This document shows positions 20,279 through 29,148 of a DNA stretch of 64,000 bases, in pieces. The position numbers and the translations under genes were made by a program. Source of the DNA: Clostridiales bacterium (lineage in GTDB: Bacteria; Bacillota; Desulfotomaculia; Desulfotomaculales; VENG01); assembly GCA_021736985.1 (NCBI GenBank), contig JAIPEW010000012.1, positions 13,526 through 77,525 on the forward strand. Reading direction: 5' to 3'. Below the pieces are notes generated by a model. It was not told where the DNA came from and searched no databases. It worked only from the letters and a program-made list of their open reading frames with translations. The stretch's first letter is position 1; each line of letters starts with the position of its first letter.

Positions 20279-20524
20279 TTAATCACAACCAGGGAATTCA
20301 ATAGTACTGCAGTTATTTCCAGAACCGCAGGATTTTGAGCTTATACTTGGTTTTTTAGTGTCATTTTGACCGCTTCCCGTTGTATAATTAGTTTTACTTA
20401 TTACCCTTTGAAGATTCTGTGATTTACAATCCGGGCACTCTAATTTTATTTCTTCTTTGGGGTTTATATGAAGTTTCTCAAATAGTTTGCCGCAGTCTTG
20501 ACAACGAAATTCGAATATTGGCAT
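20279..20524 (-). CDS. FmdB family zinc-ribbon protein
   Basis: MPIFEFRCQDCG...CPDCKS; ATG at 20524 after GGGAGG. Confidence 0.88.
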   Translation of the reverse strand: MPIFEFRCQDCGKLFEKLHINPKEEIKLECPDCKSQNLQRVISKTNYTTGSGQNDTKKPSISSKSCGSGNNCSTIEFPGCD

Positions 20525-21014
20525 TATATTAACCTCCCGTAGGATATAATAAATCATTACTTAATTAGTATTTTATCAATATAATCAATTAAAAGTCAAA
20601 TAATCTGCCACATAACCCCTGTGGACATAACTCGTAAAAGGGAATTATAATGATATTACAAACATAAAATTTAAAAAAATTATTTACGCAGGATTTGCGG
20701 TAAAACATGCAACTATTTTTAGATAATAATTGAGTACGCAGTAATATTTTTTTAGTAAAAACCTTTTTAATTGGAAGGAATAATTCAATATACAACGAAG
20801 TTTAATAAAGTTATAATGCACAAAAGCTTGTTTTACAATATCCTGGAAGTGCAGTATTGCCGGATTAATTCTAACAGTGACAGAATATTCATTATATTTA
20901 AAGTTTATAGTTGTTCAAACAAATGACAAGTTGGGCAGCTCTTTAATTACAAATATTTTTAGGGTTGTCACATTATGTTGATAAACATAAATATTAAGAG
21001 GAGGTGAACAGGTT

Positions 21015-21203
21015 ATGTTCAAAGTTACAATTAATGAAGAAAAGTGTGAAGGTTGCGGAGAATGTGTAGATTCTTGCCCGGGTGAAGTGCTGGAGATGGG
21101 TGACGATGGTAAAGCTAAAGTAGCTAACCCAGATGACTGCTTGGGATGCGAAACTTGTATAGAAGTCTGTCCTAATGATGCAGTTACTTTAGAAGAAGTA
21201 TAG
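21015..21203 (+). CDS. 2x[4Fe-4S] ferredoxin
   Basis: CEGCGECVDSCP and CLGCETCIEVCP. Confidence 0.95.
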   Translation: MFKVTINEEKCEGCGECVDSCPGEVLEMGDDGKAKVANPDDCLGCETCIEVCPNDAVTLEEV

Positions 21204-21328
21204 TATGATTAAAAAAGAGGGCCGGTGACACCTGTCACCGGTATTCCTCTACACGTGGTATTTTGAAAGCAGCGGGGGGACATATTATTTATTGTTTTAT
21301 AATTGACCGGGATGGAGGAGGTGTTTAA

Positions 21329-22162
21329 GTGAAGCTTTTAATAGGACAAATTTTACCTTATATTACTATAATTATATTTGTTCTAGGGGTTTTTTATCGC
21401 TTAGGTCGCTGGGTAGGTACACAAATAATACACAATATAACTTTGTCTGACCCCTGGCTTAAAACAAATGGCCAGGTTGCTGTGAGAATAGGTACAGAGG
21501 CTTTCCTTTTTAGAAATTTCTTTATTTTTGATAAAGCTTTATGGGCCGGGGCGCTTTTGATGCACTTGTCCCTTCTTAATGTATTGGGAGGACATGTTGT
21601 CGGGTTTGGTACCCTGGGCACTCAATTTGCATTTATACCAGGTGTTTCTGAACAATTAAGCCAGTCATTATCGAACGATCTTGGTACCATTTTTGGCATC
21701 TTACTTTTTGTAGCCCTGGCTTACTTGTTAATCAGGCGATTATCTATTACTCCTATTAAGCAGTTAAATAAACCCAGTGATATTTTATGGTTGGTATTTT
21801 TATTGTTAATTGTTGGTGTAGGAGATATAATGCGGTTTTTCCACCAGTTCCACGTGGAGTATGAACCAGTAAGAGATTATGTAATAGCTCTTGGTACTTT
21901 TCAACCGGTAGTTAACATGGAACTGCTGAGCAACCCTGTTTTTCTCGTTCACTTTACATTGGTTAACATTTTATTAATTCTTTTCCCGTTTAGTAAGCTT
22001 ATGCATTTATTTGGTATGTTTGCCGAGCGGTGGATTGTCAATCGCACATATCATGAGCCTGCTCCAGGAATGCCGAATATAGATGTTGCTGCTGCACGTA
22101 AGGCAGGTTTAGGTTTACCTTCTAGTGGTGGCGGAGCAGAGTCTTCTTCAGAGGGGGTGTAA
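21329..22162 (+). CDS. dsrM: DsrM membrane b-type cytochrome (NarI family)
   Basis: Multi-TM, heme His residues (MH...GH, VH...PFSKLMH), directly upstream of dsrK. Confidence 0.88.
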   Translation: MKLLIGQILPYITIIIFVLGVFYRLGRWVGTQIIHNITLSDPWLKTNGQVAVRIGTEAFLFRNFFIFDKALWAGALLMHLSLLNVLGGHVVGFGTLGTQFAFIPGVSEQLSQSLSNDLGTIFGILLFVALAYLLIRRLSITPIKQLNKPSDILWLVFLLLIVGVGDIMRFFHQFHVEYEPVRDYVIALGTFQPVVNMELLSNPVFLVHFTLVNILLILFPFSKLMHLFGMFAERWIVNRTYHEPAPGMPNIDVAAARKAGLGLPSSGGGAESSSEGV

Positions 22163-22168
22163 ATAAGA

Positions 22169-23548
22169 ATGGCTGAATATAAAGGTATGGCCCAGCCTTC
22201 TCGGGCAAGCGATGAAGATATGCGCAAGATTCATATTGAACCTGTGCCTGATGAACAAAAACCTGAAAAGGCTGTAGAGTATTTAGATTATATACGCAAG
22301 CAATTCCGCTCATTTGTTATGGCCATGGAAACATGTACGAAGTGCGGGCAGTGTGCAGAAAATTGTCATACTTATTTAGGTACTAGAGATCCTAATAATA
22401 TACCTGCTAACCGGGCAGAATTAATTCGCAAGATCTACCGCCGGTATTTTACATTGGAAGGCCGCTGGTTTGGCAGTCTCGTGGGAGCAGAAGATATAAG
22501 CCTTGATCTTATAGAAACGTGGTATTCTTATTTCTATCAATGTAGTCAATGTCGCAGGTGCGGTCATGTGTGTCCTTTCGGTATTGATACATGCGAGGTT
22601 ACCTTTATTGGCAGGCAGTTATTGCACTGGCTGGGTATAACACCTAAGCTGCATTCTGATGTAGGTGCTGCCATGGAAAGAGTCGGTAACCATACTAATA
22701 TGCCTAAACCGGCACTTGCAGATACGCTGGAATTTATGTGCGAGGAAGCTTATGATGAATTCGGCGTAGAAATTGAAATGCCGCTGGATAAACCTGCAGA
22801 TATATTATACGTTCCTTCTTCTGCAGACTTCCTGCTTAATCCTTATACGCTGATGTGCGCAGGAATGTTTTTCCACTATATTGGCGCGAGCTGGACAATT
22901 CCCAGTGCCGTAACTGAGGCCGGTAACTTCGGGTTCTTGTTTGACCAGTATTATACACAGCGTCATAATATAATGCGCTTGTTAAATGCAGCTCAAGAAC
23001 TTGATACTAAAAAAATCGTTTGGGGTGAGTGTGGACACGGTTGGCGTGCTGCAAAAATGTACATTCCTACAAAAGCTGACCGTCCTGTAAGATGGGATAT
23101 AACTCACCTGCATGATGAAGCAGCTCATTTAATTAGAAATGGCGAGTTGAAGCTTGATCCAAACAAAAACAGTAGGCCTGTAACGCTGCATGATCCCTGT
23201 AACTATGTTCGTGCCTGTGGACTCAATGAGAATATGAGGACATGCATTAAGGCCAGCTGCTCCAATTTTGTAGAAATGGAACCCTATGGTTATGACAACT
23301 TCTGCTGCGGCGGGGGATCTGGAATACTTTTTGACGATCCGGATATGTATAATAAGAGAATACAATTAAGCTGGAAAAAAGCCGAGCAGGTAAGAGAAAC
23401 TGGTGTTGGTAAAAACGGTGACGGAATTTTATGTGCACCTTGCTCTATTTGTAAAGCCCAGCTTTATCCCATGGTAGAAGAACACAATCTCGGGGTGGAA
23501 GTGAAAGGCCTTATAGACCTGGTAGGTAAGGCATTAGTGTGGGATTAA
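22169..23548 (+). CDS. dsrK: DsrK HdrD-like Fe-S protein
   Basis: CTKCGQCAENC, CSQCRRCGHVCPFGID, ECGHG, HDPC and CCGGG motifs. Confidence 0.9.
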   Translation: MAEYKGMAQPSRASDEDMRKIHIEPVPDEQKPEKAVEYLDYIRKQFRSFVMAMETCTKCGQCAENCHTYLGTRDPNNIPANRAELIRKIYRRYFTLEGRWFGSLVGAEDISLDLIETWYSYFYQCSQCRRCGHVCPFGIDTCEVTFIGRQLLHWLGITPKLHSDVGAAMERVGNHTNMPKPALADTLEFMCEEAYDEFGVEIEMPLDKPADILYVPSSADFLLNPYTLMCAGMFFHYIGASWTIPSAVTEAGNFGFLFDQYYTQRHNIMRLLNAAQELDTKKIVWGECGHGWRAAKMYIPTKADRPVRWDITHLHDEAAHLIRNGELKLDPNKNSRPVTLHDPCNYVRACGLNENMRTCIKASCSNFVEMEPYGYDNFCCGGGSGILFDDPDMYNKRIQLSWKKAEQVRETGVGKNGDGILCAPCSICKAQLYPMVEEHNLGVEVKGLIDLVGKALVWD

Positions 23549-23652
23549 TAAAATTAAGCTCGTAATAATAATTTAACTTATGCGATGGGGAAAATATCCC
23601 CATCGTTTGTATGTAATTAACAACCTGCCGCAGGCTTAAAGAAGGTGATTTT

Positions 23653-25080
23653 ATGCTTCAAAAAGTTAAAATACCGCGTCTTGTAGTAGGTGCTCCCCAG
23701 GGTAGATCCGGGAAAACTACGTTTACCGTAGGCCTGCTGGCCGGGTTAATTGGTAAAAATCTGCGCGTACAGTCTTTCAAAAAAGGGCCCGATTTTATAG
23801 ATCCAAGCTGGCATGCCAGGATTACAGGGCGCCTTTGCCGTAATTTAGATCGTTTTTTGATGGACGAGGATACAATAAAATCTTCACTGGCAAAGGGTAC
23901 AGCCGGTGCAGATATTGCTCTGATAGAAGGAGCGATGGGATTATTTGACGGAGTTGACCTGGAAGGAAGCAATAGTACAGCAGAAATTGCTAAAATTACC
24001 GGAACACCGGTAGTGCTCGTAATAAATACTACACGCATGACCAGGAGTGTCGCTGCAATAGTTAAAGGATGCATGGAACTTGATCCAGAAGTAAAAATAT
24101 CAGCAGTAATATTAAACAATGTTGCACGCCCCAGGCATGAAAACATGCTCAGGTCTGCAATAGAATATTATTGCGGCATACCAGTGCTGGGAGCTATTCC
24201 CAGGGGGAAACAATTTAATATCCCGGACAGGCATTTGGGTTTGGTTCCAGCATCAGAGGATAGTGAGCTTGCAGAAAAAATAGATTTGTTGGGTAAAGAA
24301 GCCGGGCAATACCTGGACCTGAACGGCCTTATAAATGCAGCAGGCCAGGCCCGGGATTTAAGTGTTTTTGAACGGCTTGATGGTAATACGCCTGCTATTA
24401 AGCAGTGGAATATAAATAACCTGGACGCGGGAAGTAGCTGTGCGGTCAAATTAGGTATATGTGTTGATAGGGCATTTAGTTTCTATTATCCTGAAAATTT
24501 AGAGGCTTTACAAACTGCGGGGGCATCGCTCGTAGCGATTGACAGTATAAATGATACTGAATTACCAGAAATAGACGGGTTGTACATAGGCGGTGGATTC
24601 CCGGAGCTTTTTATAAAAGAGCTTGGAAACAATACAGCTTTAAAACAGCAAATATTGGCAGCTATAGAGGATGGGCTTCCTGTCTATGCTGAATGCGGTG
24701 GATTGATGTACCTGGGGAAAAGTATAAGCTGGGATGGTAAAAAATACTGCATGGTAGGCGCACTGCCTTTTGATGTAGAAATGCAGGAAAAACCCCTGGG
24801 TCACGGCTATATTACCTGCCAGGTCAAAGAGGAAAATCCTTATTTCCCCGTGGGCACTACTATAAAAGGACATGAATTCCACCATTCTCGAACAATAAAC
24901 ATGGAATCAAGTTTGCAGCAGGCATGGGAAGTAACTCGCGGACATGGGATTGACGGGCAGGTAGATGGGTTTGTGTATAAGAATGTGCTCGCCTGTTATA
25001 CCCATCTGCATGCCCTTGGAACACCATGCTGGGCCCCGGCCCTGGTACACAAAGCAAAGGAATACAAAGAACAGCGTTAA
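23653..25080 (+). CDS. dsrN: Cobyrinate a,c-diamide synthase-like siroheme amidase
   Basis: GKTT, KKGPDFIDP, AECGG, HEFH; location in the dsr cluster. Confidence 0.85.
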   Translation: MLQKVKIPRLVVGAPQGRSGKTTFTVGLLAGLIGKNLRVQSFKKGPDFIDPSWHARITGRLCRNLDRFLMDEDTIKSSLAKGTAGADIALIEGAMGLFDGVDLEGSNSTAEIAKITGTPVVLVINTTRMTRSVAAIVKGCMELDPEVKISAVILNNVARPRHENMLRSAIEYYCGIPVLGAIPRGKQFNIPDRHLGLVPASEDSELAEKIDLLGKEAGQYLDLNGLINAAGQARDLSVFERLDGNTPAIKQWNINNLDAGSSCAVKLGICVDRAFSFYYPENLEALQTAGASLVAIDSINDTELPEIDGLYIGGGFPELFIKELGNNTALKQQILAAIEDGLPVYAECGGLMYLGKSISWDGKKYCMVGALPFDVEMQEKPLGHGYITCQVKEENPYFPVGTTIKGHEFHHSRTINMESSLQQAWEVTRGHGIDGQVDGFVYKNVLACYTHLHALGTPCWAPALVHKAKEYKEQR

Positions 25081-25122
25081 TAACATGTTGTTCCTTGAAT
25101 AAAAACAAGACTAATTAACCAC

Positions 25123-25251
25123 CTAAAGGTGGTCTTTTTTTTGCTTTTTTTTAACCCTGGGCTTTCTTTTTGCTTCAAACCAGTATCCCCAGTAGAAACC
25201 AGCTACTGCTGTTATAACAAGTACTATAATAAAAATAACAGTTGGACTCAA
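25123..25251 (-). CDS. Small single-TM membrane peptide, 42 aa, absent from the ORF track
   Basis: GAAAGGAG RBS, TTG start, MSPTVIFIIVLVITAVAGFYWGYWFEAKRKPRVKKKQKKDHL. Confidence 0.65.
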   Translation of the reverse strand: MSPTVIFIIVLVITAVAGFYWGYWFEAKRKPRVKKKQKKDHL

Positions 25252-25304
25252 GCAGAAAACTCCTTTCAACAAATTGTCACAAGGGATAGTTCCGCTGACA
25301 ATAT

Positions 25305-25474
25305 TTAATTCGAAAACTTCTTAAAAACTATGGTTTTAAACGCAAAACAAATTGAAAGGGCCGGTAAATTTCCGGAAGGTAGCGGAGTCTCCTGGAGGAA
25401 ACCACTGGCCCTCCACCAGGCTGTCAGAAGAGTTTTCATACTTCGTTGTGAGCAAGAAACTCGTGGGAGCTTAA
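25305..25474 (+). repeat. TTAA-bounded modular element (short-loop type)
   Basis: TTAATTCGAAAACT...GGGCCGGTAAATTTCCGGAAGGTAGCGGAGTCT...TCAGAAGAGTTTTCATACTTCGTTGTGAGCAAGAAACTCGTGGGAGCTTAA. Confidence 0.9.
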
Positions 25475-25480
25475 AGGTAG

Positions 25481-25732
25481 TCAATTAACATCCTTATTAA
25501 CGCTGTCTTCTGATATCATTTCTCCTACCAGGCGCAGGGTTGCTACAGTATGTGTAGTCAATACTTCATATAATAAAACTGGCAGTACGTCCTGCATATT
25601 GGCCTGTACATCTCCACTGGCAACTTTTCTTTGAATAATATCCCCGGCCCTGTTAAGTGCATTATTTACCAGGCTGGTGATTTCCTCCTGGTGTTCTTTA
25701 ACAAAATTATCTACATCGACTTTGTTAGACAT
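25481..25732 (-). CDS. Hypothetical protein
   Basis: 83-aa ORF with AAAGGTG RBS and protein-like composition. Confidence 0.7.
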   Translation of the reverse strand: MSNKVDVDNFVKEHQEEITSLVNNALNRAGDIIQRKVASGDVQANMQDVLPVLLYEVLTTHTVATLRLVGEMISEDSVNKDVN

Positions 25733-25842
25733 AATATCACACCTTTCTTAATTTACAGTTAGTGACAAAATTAAATTTACATAGATTGTACCGTTTATAG
25801 AAAAACTATAGATACCATATCACATTTATAGGGGGTAAAGCC

Positions 25843-26559
25843 ATGGCAAAATGTATATATAAGGTTATATTTACAATTTTTATTGCAGTTATTGTTATTG
25901 CTGGTATATATGGTTACTCCTTGTGGGGAGATCATGCCCGCGCCCAGGAAAAAGTCCTGTACTGGGGTACTAACGGCAGCGATGTAATAAAAGTGCAAAA
26001 CAAGTTAAGTCAATGGGGCTATTATGATGGTATTGTCGATGGTGTATACGGTACAGAAACTTATCGTTCTGTAATTAACTTTCAAAGGAAAAATGGTTTG
26101 AATCCTGATGGAGTAGTAGGAAAACGGACCTGGGCTGCACTGGGCTATAATGTAAGCAGTGCCAGTTCAGCCAGGGCTAGTACAAGTTCCCGGGGCAGCA
26201 CAATGGACAGAAATGGTACTTATGTACTGGCAAAAGTTATTGCAGGTGAAGCTCGTGCCGAGCCATACCTTGGGAAAGTATCAGTAGGAGCAGTTATAAT
26301 GAACCGGGTGCAGAGTTCTTCTTTTCCCAATACAGTTCCGGGAGTGATTTACCAGAGCCTGGCATTTGAATCAGTTGCAAACGGTCAATATAACCAGTCT
26401 CCCGGTGATGATGCACTTAAGGCAGCCAGGCAAGCGATGACTGGCTGGGATCCTACCAACGGGGCTTTATATTTCTGGAATCCAGCCAAGGCTGTCAGCC
26501 CGTGGATATGGAGCAGAAATATAACCATGCGTATAGGAAAACACGTATTTGGCATATAA
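25843..26559 (+). CDS. sleB: Spore cortex-lytic enzyme
   Basis: Signal peptide, PG-binding domain (DGVVGKRTW), GEARAEPY catalytic motif; followed by ypeB. Confidence 0.93.
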   Translation: MAKCIYKVIFTIFIAVIVIAGIYGYSLWGDHARAQEKVLYWGTNGSDVIKVQNKLSQWGYYDGIVDGVYGTETYRSVINFQRKNGLNPDGVVGKRTWAALGYNVSSASSARASTSSRGSTMDRNGTYVLAKVIAGEARAEPYLGKVSVGAVIMNRVQSSSFPNTVPGVIYQSLAFESVANGQYNQSPGDDALKAARQAMTGWDPTNGALYFWNPAKAVSPWIWSRNITMRIGKHVFGI

Positions 26560-26575
26560 AGGGAGGGGTTTTATA

Positions 26576-27946
26576 GTGAAAAAGTGGGTTGCTTTTCTAG
26601 TCGTAGGATTAGTAGCAATAGGAGGTATCGGTTACTGGGGATATACTCAATATACCACTTTACAAAGAGCAGAAGTGGCACTAGCCAATAATTACAATCG
26701 TGCATTTTATAATACTCTTGAACACGTTCAAAACTTGGAAGTACTTTTATCAAAAGGTATGGTTTCTGCTGATAAAATGCAAAACAGTAAGATATTTACC
26801 GAATTGAGGAATCAAGCTTCTGCTGGCCTGGATAGCCTGACCCAGCTTCCCATCAGGGATATAACTGCAGCCCGGACGGCCAAGTTTTTTACCCAGCTGG
26901 GAGATTTTAGCCAGCAAATGGCGGAGAAAGTGGAAAACGGAAAAACGTTAACTGAAAAACAAAGCAAACTAATGCAGAAACTGTATACACAGGCCGGTGA
27001 ATTAAATGAAGAGCTGCAAGAAGTGGAATCCAAGGTAACAGATGGTGATATTGATTTTACCGAGATGAGCAGAAAAACTAGCCGGCAGTTAAATAAAGAA
27101 GGAAAGAGACTGGAAGGGCCTAATTTTCAGACTATTGACAGTAAAATGCAGGAGTATCCAACTTTAATATATGATGGGCCTTTTTCGGATCACCTGGCAG
27201 ATAGAGATCCGGAAGCATTAAAAAACAAGAAAAAAATAACCAGCAATAAAGCCAAGGATACAGCAGAAGATTTTTTCAAGGGTGAAAAAAATAATGATTT
27301 TGTAGCCCAGGTTACTGGAGAAATAGGTGGAAATATCCCTGCTTATCGCGTACAGCTTACACCGCGCAAGAATGGAAAAGTTGTGGGACAGCAAACAATG
27401 GTAGATGTTTCAAAAAAAGGTGGAGAGATGATCTGGATCTTAAATCCCAGGGATATTGATAAGTCAAAAATAAGTATAGACAAGGCTAAAGAAGAAACGA
27501 AAAAATTTTTAAGCAGTCACGGGTATGATAATATGAAATCAAGCTACTACCAGAGGCAGGGTAATATGGTTATATTCAATTTTATAGGCAAAAAAGGGGA
27601 TACCGTGATATATCCTGATATGATGAAGATAACAGTTGCTCTCGATAATGGAGAAGTAGTAGCCCTGGATAACAGAAGTTATTTGATGAATCATCATGAA
27701 AGAGATTTACCCGAGCCAAAATTAACAAGAGAAGAAGCAAAGGAACTCCTGGCAGGTGGAATAGAAGTAGATGGAAAAGGTCGCCTGGCTGTAATACCCA
27801 CGGAAACTTTTGAGGAAAAGTTAACCTGGGAATTTAAGGGGAAAAAGAACGACAATACATTTTTAATTTACATTAATGCCATGAACGGGCAGGAGCAAAA
27901 GATTCTGCAGCTTTTGCGTACTAAAAACGGCACTTTAACTATGTAA
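26576..27946 (+). CDS. ypeB: Germination protein YpeB
   Basis: YPTLIYDGPFSDH motif, PepSY-like C-terminus; GTG 26576 after GGGAGG. Confidence 0.95.
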   Translation: MKKWVAFLVVGLVAIGGIGYWGYTQYTTLQRAEVALANNYNRAFYNTLEHVQNLEVLLSKGMVSADKMQNSKIFTELRNQASAGLDSLTQLPIRDITAARTAKFFTQLGDFSQQMAEKVENGKTLTEKQSKLMQKLYTQAGELNEELQEVESKVTDGDIDFTEMSRKTSRQLNKEGKRLEGPNFQTIDSKMQEYPTLIYDGPFSDHLADRDPEALKNKKKITSNKAKDTAEDFFKGEKNNDFVAQVTGEIGGNIPAYRVQLTPRKNGKVVGQQTMVDVSKKGGEMIWILNPRDIDKSKISIDKAKEETKKFLSSHGYDNMKSSYYQRQGNMVIFNFIGKKGDTVIYPDMMKITVALDNGEVVALDNRSYLMNHHERDLPEPKLTREEAKELLAGGIEVDGKGRLAVIPTETFEEKLTWEFKGKKNDNTFLIYINAMNGQEQKILQLLRTKNGTLTM

Positions 27947-27982
27947 TAATAATTACAGGAAGAATATACTGATAATTATCCG

Positions 27983-28011
27983 TTGACACTGTTTTTGTAT
28001 ACTGCTATAAT
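27983..28011 (+). promoter_or_regulatory. Consensus sigma-A promoter of the T-box leader
   Basis: TTGACA-17 bp-TATAAT. Confidence 0.88.
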
Positions 28012-28036
28012 CTATCCATATATTCTGAAAATTAAT

Positions 28037-28270
28037 GTTATGATGTGGAAAAAGGTACTGGAATCGCTAAGCGAGCCGGGGGTGGTGTGAGCCCGGTCGG
28101 GGAAAGTACCGGGCCTCCTCTGAACAGCAGGCTGAAACCTTACATATGGGAGTAAGTTGTGGCCGTTTACCCGCGTTAAGGGTTAAAAGGGGACTGTTAA
28201 TTGGAACAGTCAACTTGGGTGGTACCGCGAGCAAACTCTCGTCCCTTGTGAAGGGGCGGGAGTTTTTTTT
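28037..28270 (+). promoter_or_regulatory. T-box riboswitch leader
   Basis: AGCGA bulge and GGTGTGA loop of stem I, T-box AACTTGGGTGGTACCGCG (28212-28229), terminator AAACTCTCGTCCCTT-gtg-AAGGGGCGGGAGTTTTTTT. Confidence 0.93.
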
Positions 28271-28272
28271 AT

Positions 28273-28390
28273 TTAAATAGAAAACTCCCTGAAAACTATG
28301 GCTAGGGCTGGAGGAAACCACCGGCCCTCCACCCAACTGTCAGAAGAGTTTTCATACTCCGTTGTGAGCTCTAAGCTCGTGAGCGTTTAA
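28273..28390 (+). repeat. TTAA-bounded element, array unit 1 (118 bp, no internal module)
   Basis: TTAAATAGAAAACTCCCTGA...AGGGCTGG-aggaaacca-CCGGCCCT...TCAGAAGAGTTTTC...GCTCGTGAGCGTTTAA. Confidence 0.92.
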
Positions 28391-28734
28391 TCAGAAAACT
28401 TCCTGAAAATTATGGCCAGGGCCGGGGGATTTCCGGAAGGTAGCGGAGTCTGGGTGCGCTGCATAGCCCGTCAAATCCCGAAATCCCGGCTACTAAGGGC
28501 GTAAAAAACTTGCTGTGTAGTATCATTAAGCGGGTTTCTAAAACATACTTTATGCTCCCAGTAAAAATACGTCCAGCACTCAGCCCATTTCTAATGCAGG
28601 AAAGACAGAAGTAAAAATATACTACTTATAACACAATTTTTTAAAAAGCGCACTGAGTGCTGGACCGGACCTCCACCCAGCCGTCAGAAGAGTTTTCATT
28701 TTCCGTTGTGAGTAAGAAACTCGTGGGGGTTTAA
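28387..28734 (+). repeat. TTAA-bounded element, array unit 2 (348 bp, modules B, B2, C)
   Basis: Same ends; shares one TTAA with each neighbour. Confidence 0.92.
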
Positions 28735-29019
28735 ATAGAAAACTACGTTCTAAAACGCAAATAACAATCTGCAAATTGAAAGGGCTGGTGGATTTACGGA
28801 AGGCAGGGGAGTCTGGGTACGCTGCATAGCCCGTCATTTGCGAAGTGTGATATGGGAGGTGGGAAGTATGACAGTTTGAGGAAGTCTGCTGCGTAGACTT
28901 TTTCTTTTTCCCATCTCTAATTTCCCAATTCTCACTTCTGCCCTTTGCCCTGGTCCTTCACTCAGCAGTCAGAAGATTTTTCATACTACGTTGTTAACAA
29001 GAAGCTCGTGGGAATTTAA
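28731..29019 (+). repeat. TTAA-bounded element, array unit 3 (289 bp, modules A, B, heptamer B1)
   Basis: Same ends; interior homologous to 31081-31340 and 38946-39165. Confidence 0.92.
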
Positions 29020-29148
29020 TTAATAAACCCTGCACAGGATACCTTTAAATCTGCATATGTAAAATTTTTGAAAATGAAGCAGGTATAATCAAGTAAATAT
29101 ATTTGCTGTAAAGTTTTACAAGAAATATTTTGAAAGGAGTGAAAAACA

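Noticed and set aside
20589-20795. 68-aa minus-strand ORF in the divergent promoter region
   Set aside because: AT-rich, no RBS, no recognisable motif.
28067-28837. ORFs 28067-28336 and 28622-28837 on the minus strand
   Set aside because: They lie across the T-box and the repeats, have no RBS, and the frames are not preserved between repeat copies.
28273-29019. CRISPR array interpretation of the tandem units
   Set aside because: Units are 118-348 bp with long degenerate borders, the interiors recur elsewhere in the window, and no cas genes are present.
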